Under the pieces are notes generated by a model that made no database searches, was not told the origin of the DNA, and saw only the letters and a program-made list of their open reading frames with translations. Positions 60,371 to 64,000 of a stretch of 64,000 nt of DNA are shown here, one piece after another. Positions within the stretch are counted from its first letter, which is position 1. Every line of letters starts with the position of its first letter. The DNA comes from Lepidodermella squamata (taxonomy: Eukaryota > Animalia > Gastrotricha): NCBI GenBank assembly GCA_047495785.1, contig JBLDXI010000055.1, positions 496,001-560,000 of the forward strand, read 5' to 3'. A program made the translations under genes and the position numbers.

Positions 60371-64000
<3,630 letters not shown>

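Overview
Gene-dense eukaryotic (invertebrate animal, probably spiralian) DNA with very short GT-AG introns (mostly about 45-60 nt), so the ORF track is mostly exon fragments and antisense shadows. Hand splicing gives about 14 genes in order: a 65-aa histone-H1-tail-like basic protein; Bora; a secreted DNase II with an altered second HxK motif and long C-terminal extension; a PPPDE/DeSI-like peptidase; a NEK-like kinase fused to an NHL-type propeller; an ankyrin-repeat protein; a catalytically dead astacin-EGF-CUB-kringle-(4Cys)x3-CTLx2 mosaic protein; a giant (roughly 4,800 aa) type-I membrane protein with MAM, 2 PAN, about 35 CCP/Sushi, EB-like modules and 7 copies of an unnamed beta-domain; ZC4H2; a TPR+RRM protein immediately followed by virilizer/VIRMA in an operon-like spacing; a degenerate NIT-GC-like guanylate cyclase; an ARM-TIR protein; and a Na+/K+-ATPase-like P2C pump with a rewired ion-binding site (runs off the window). 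A 731-bp TGT...ACA element with 46-bp TIRs and AATA target duplication (Ginger-like) lies between ZC4H2 and the TPR-RRM gene. No rRNA, tRNA or CRISPR array was seen. All domain calls are by-eye motif recognition, not database searches; exon boundaries are inferred from GT-AG sites and frame continuity.
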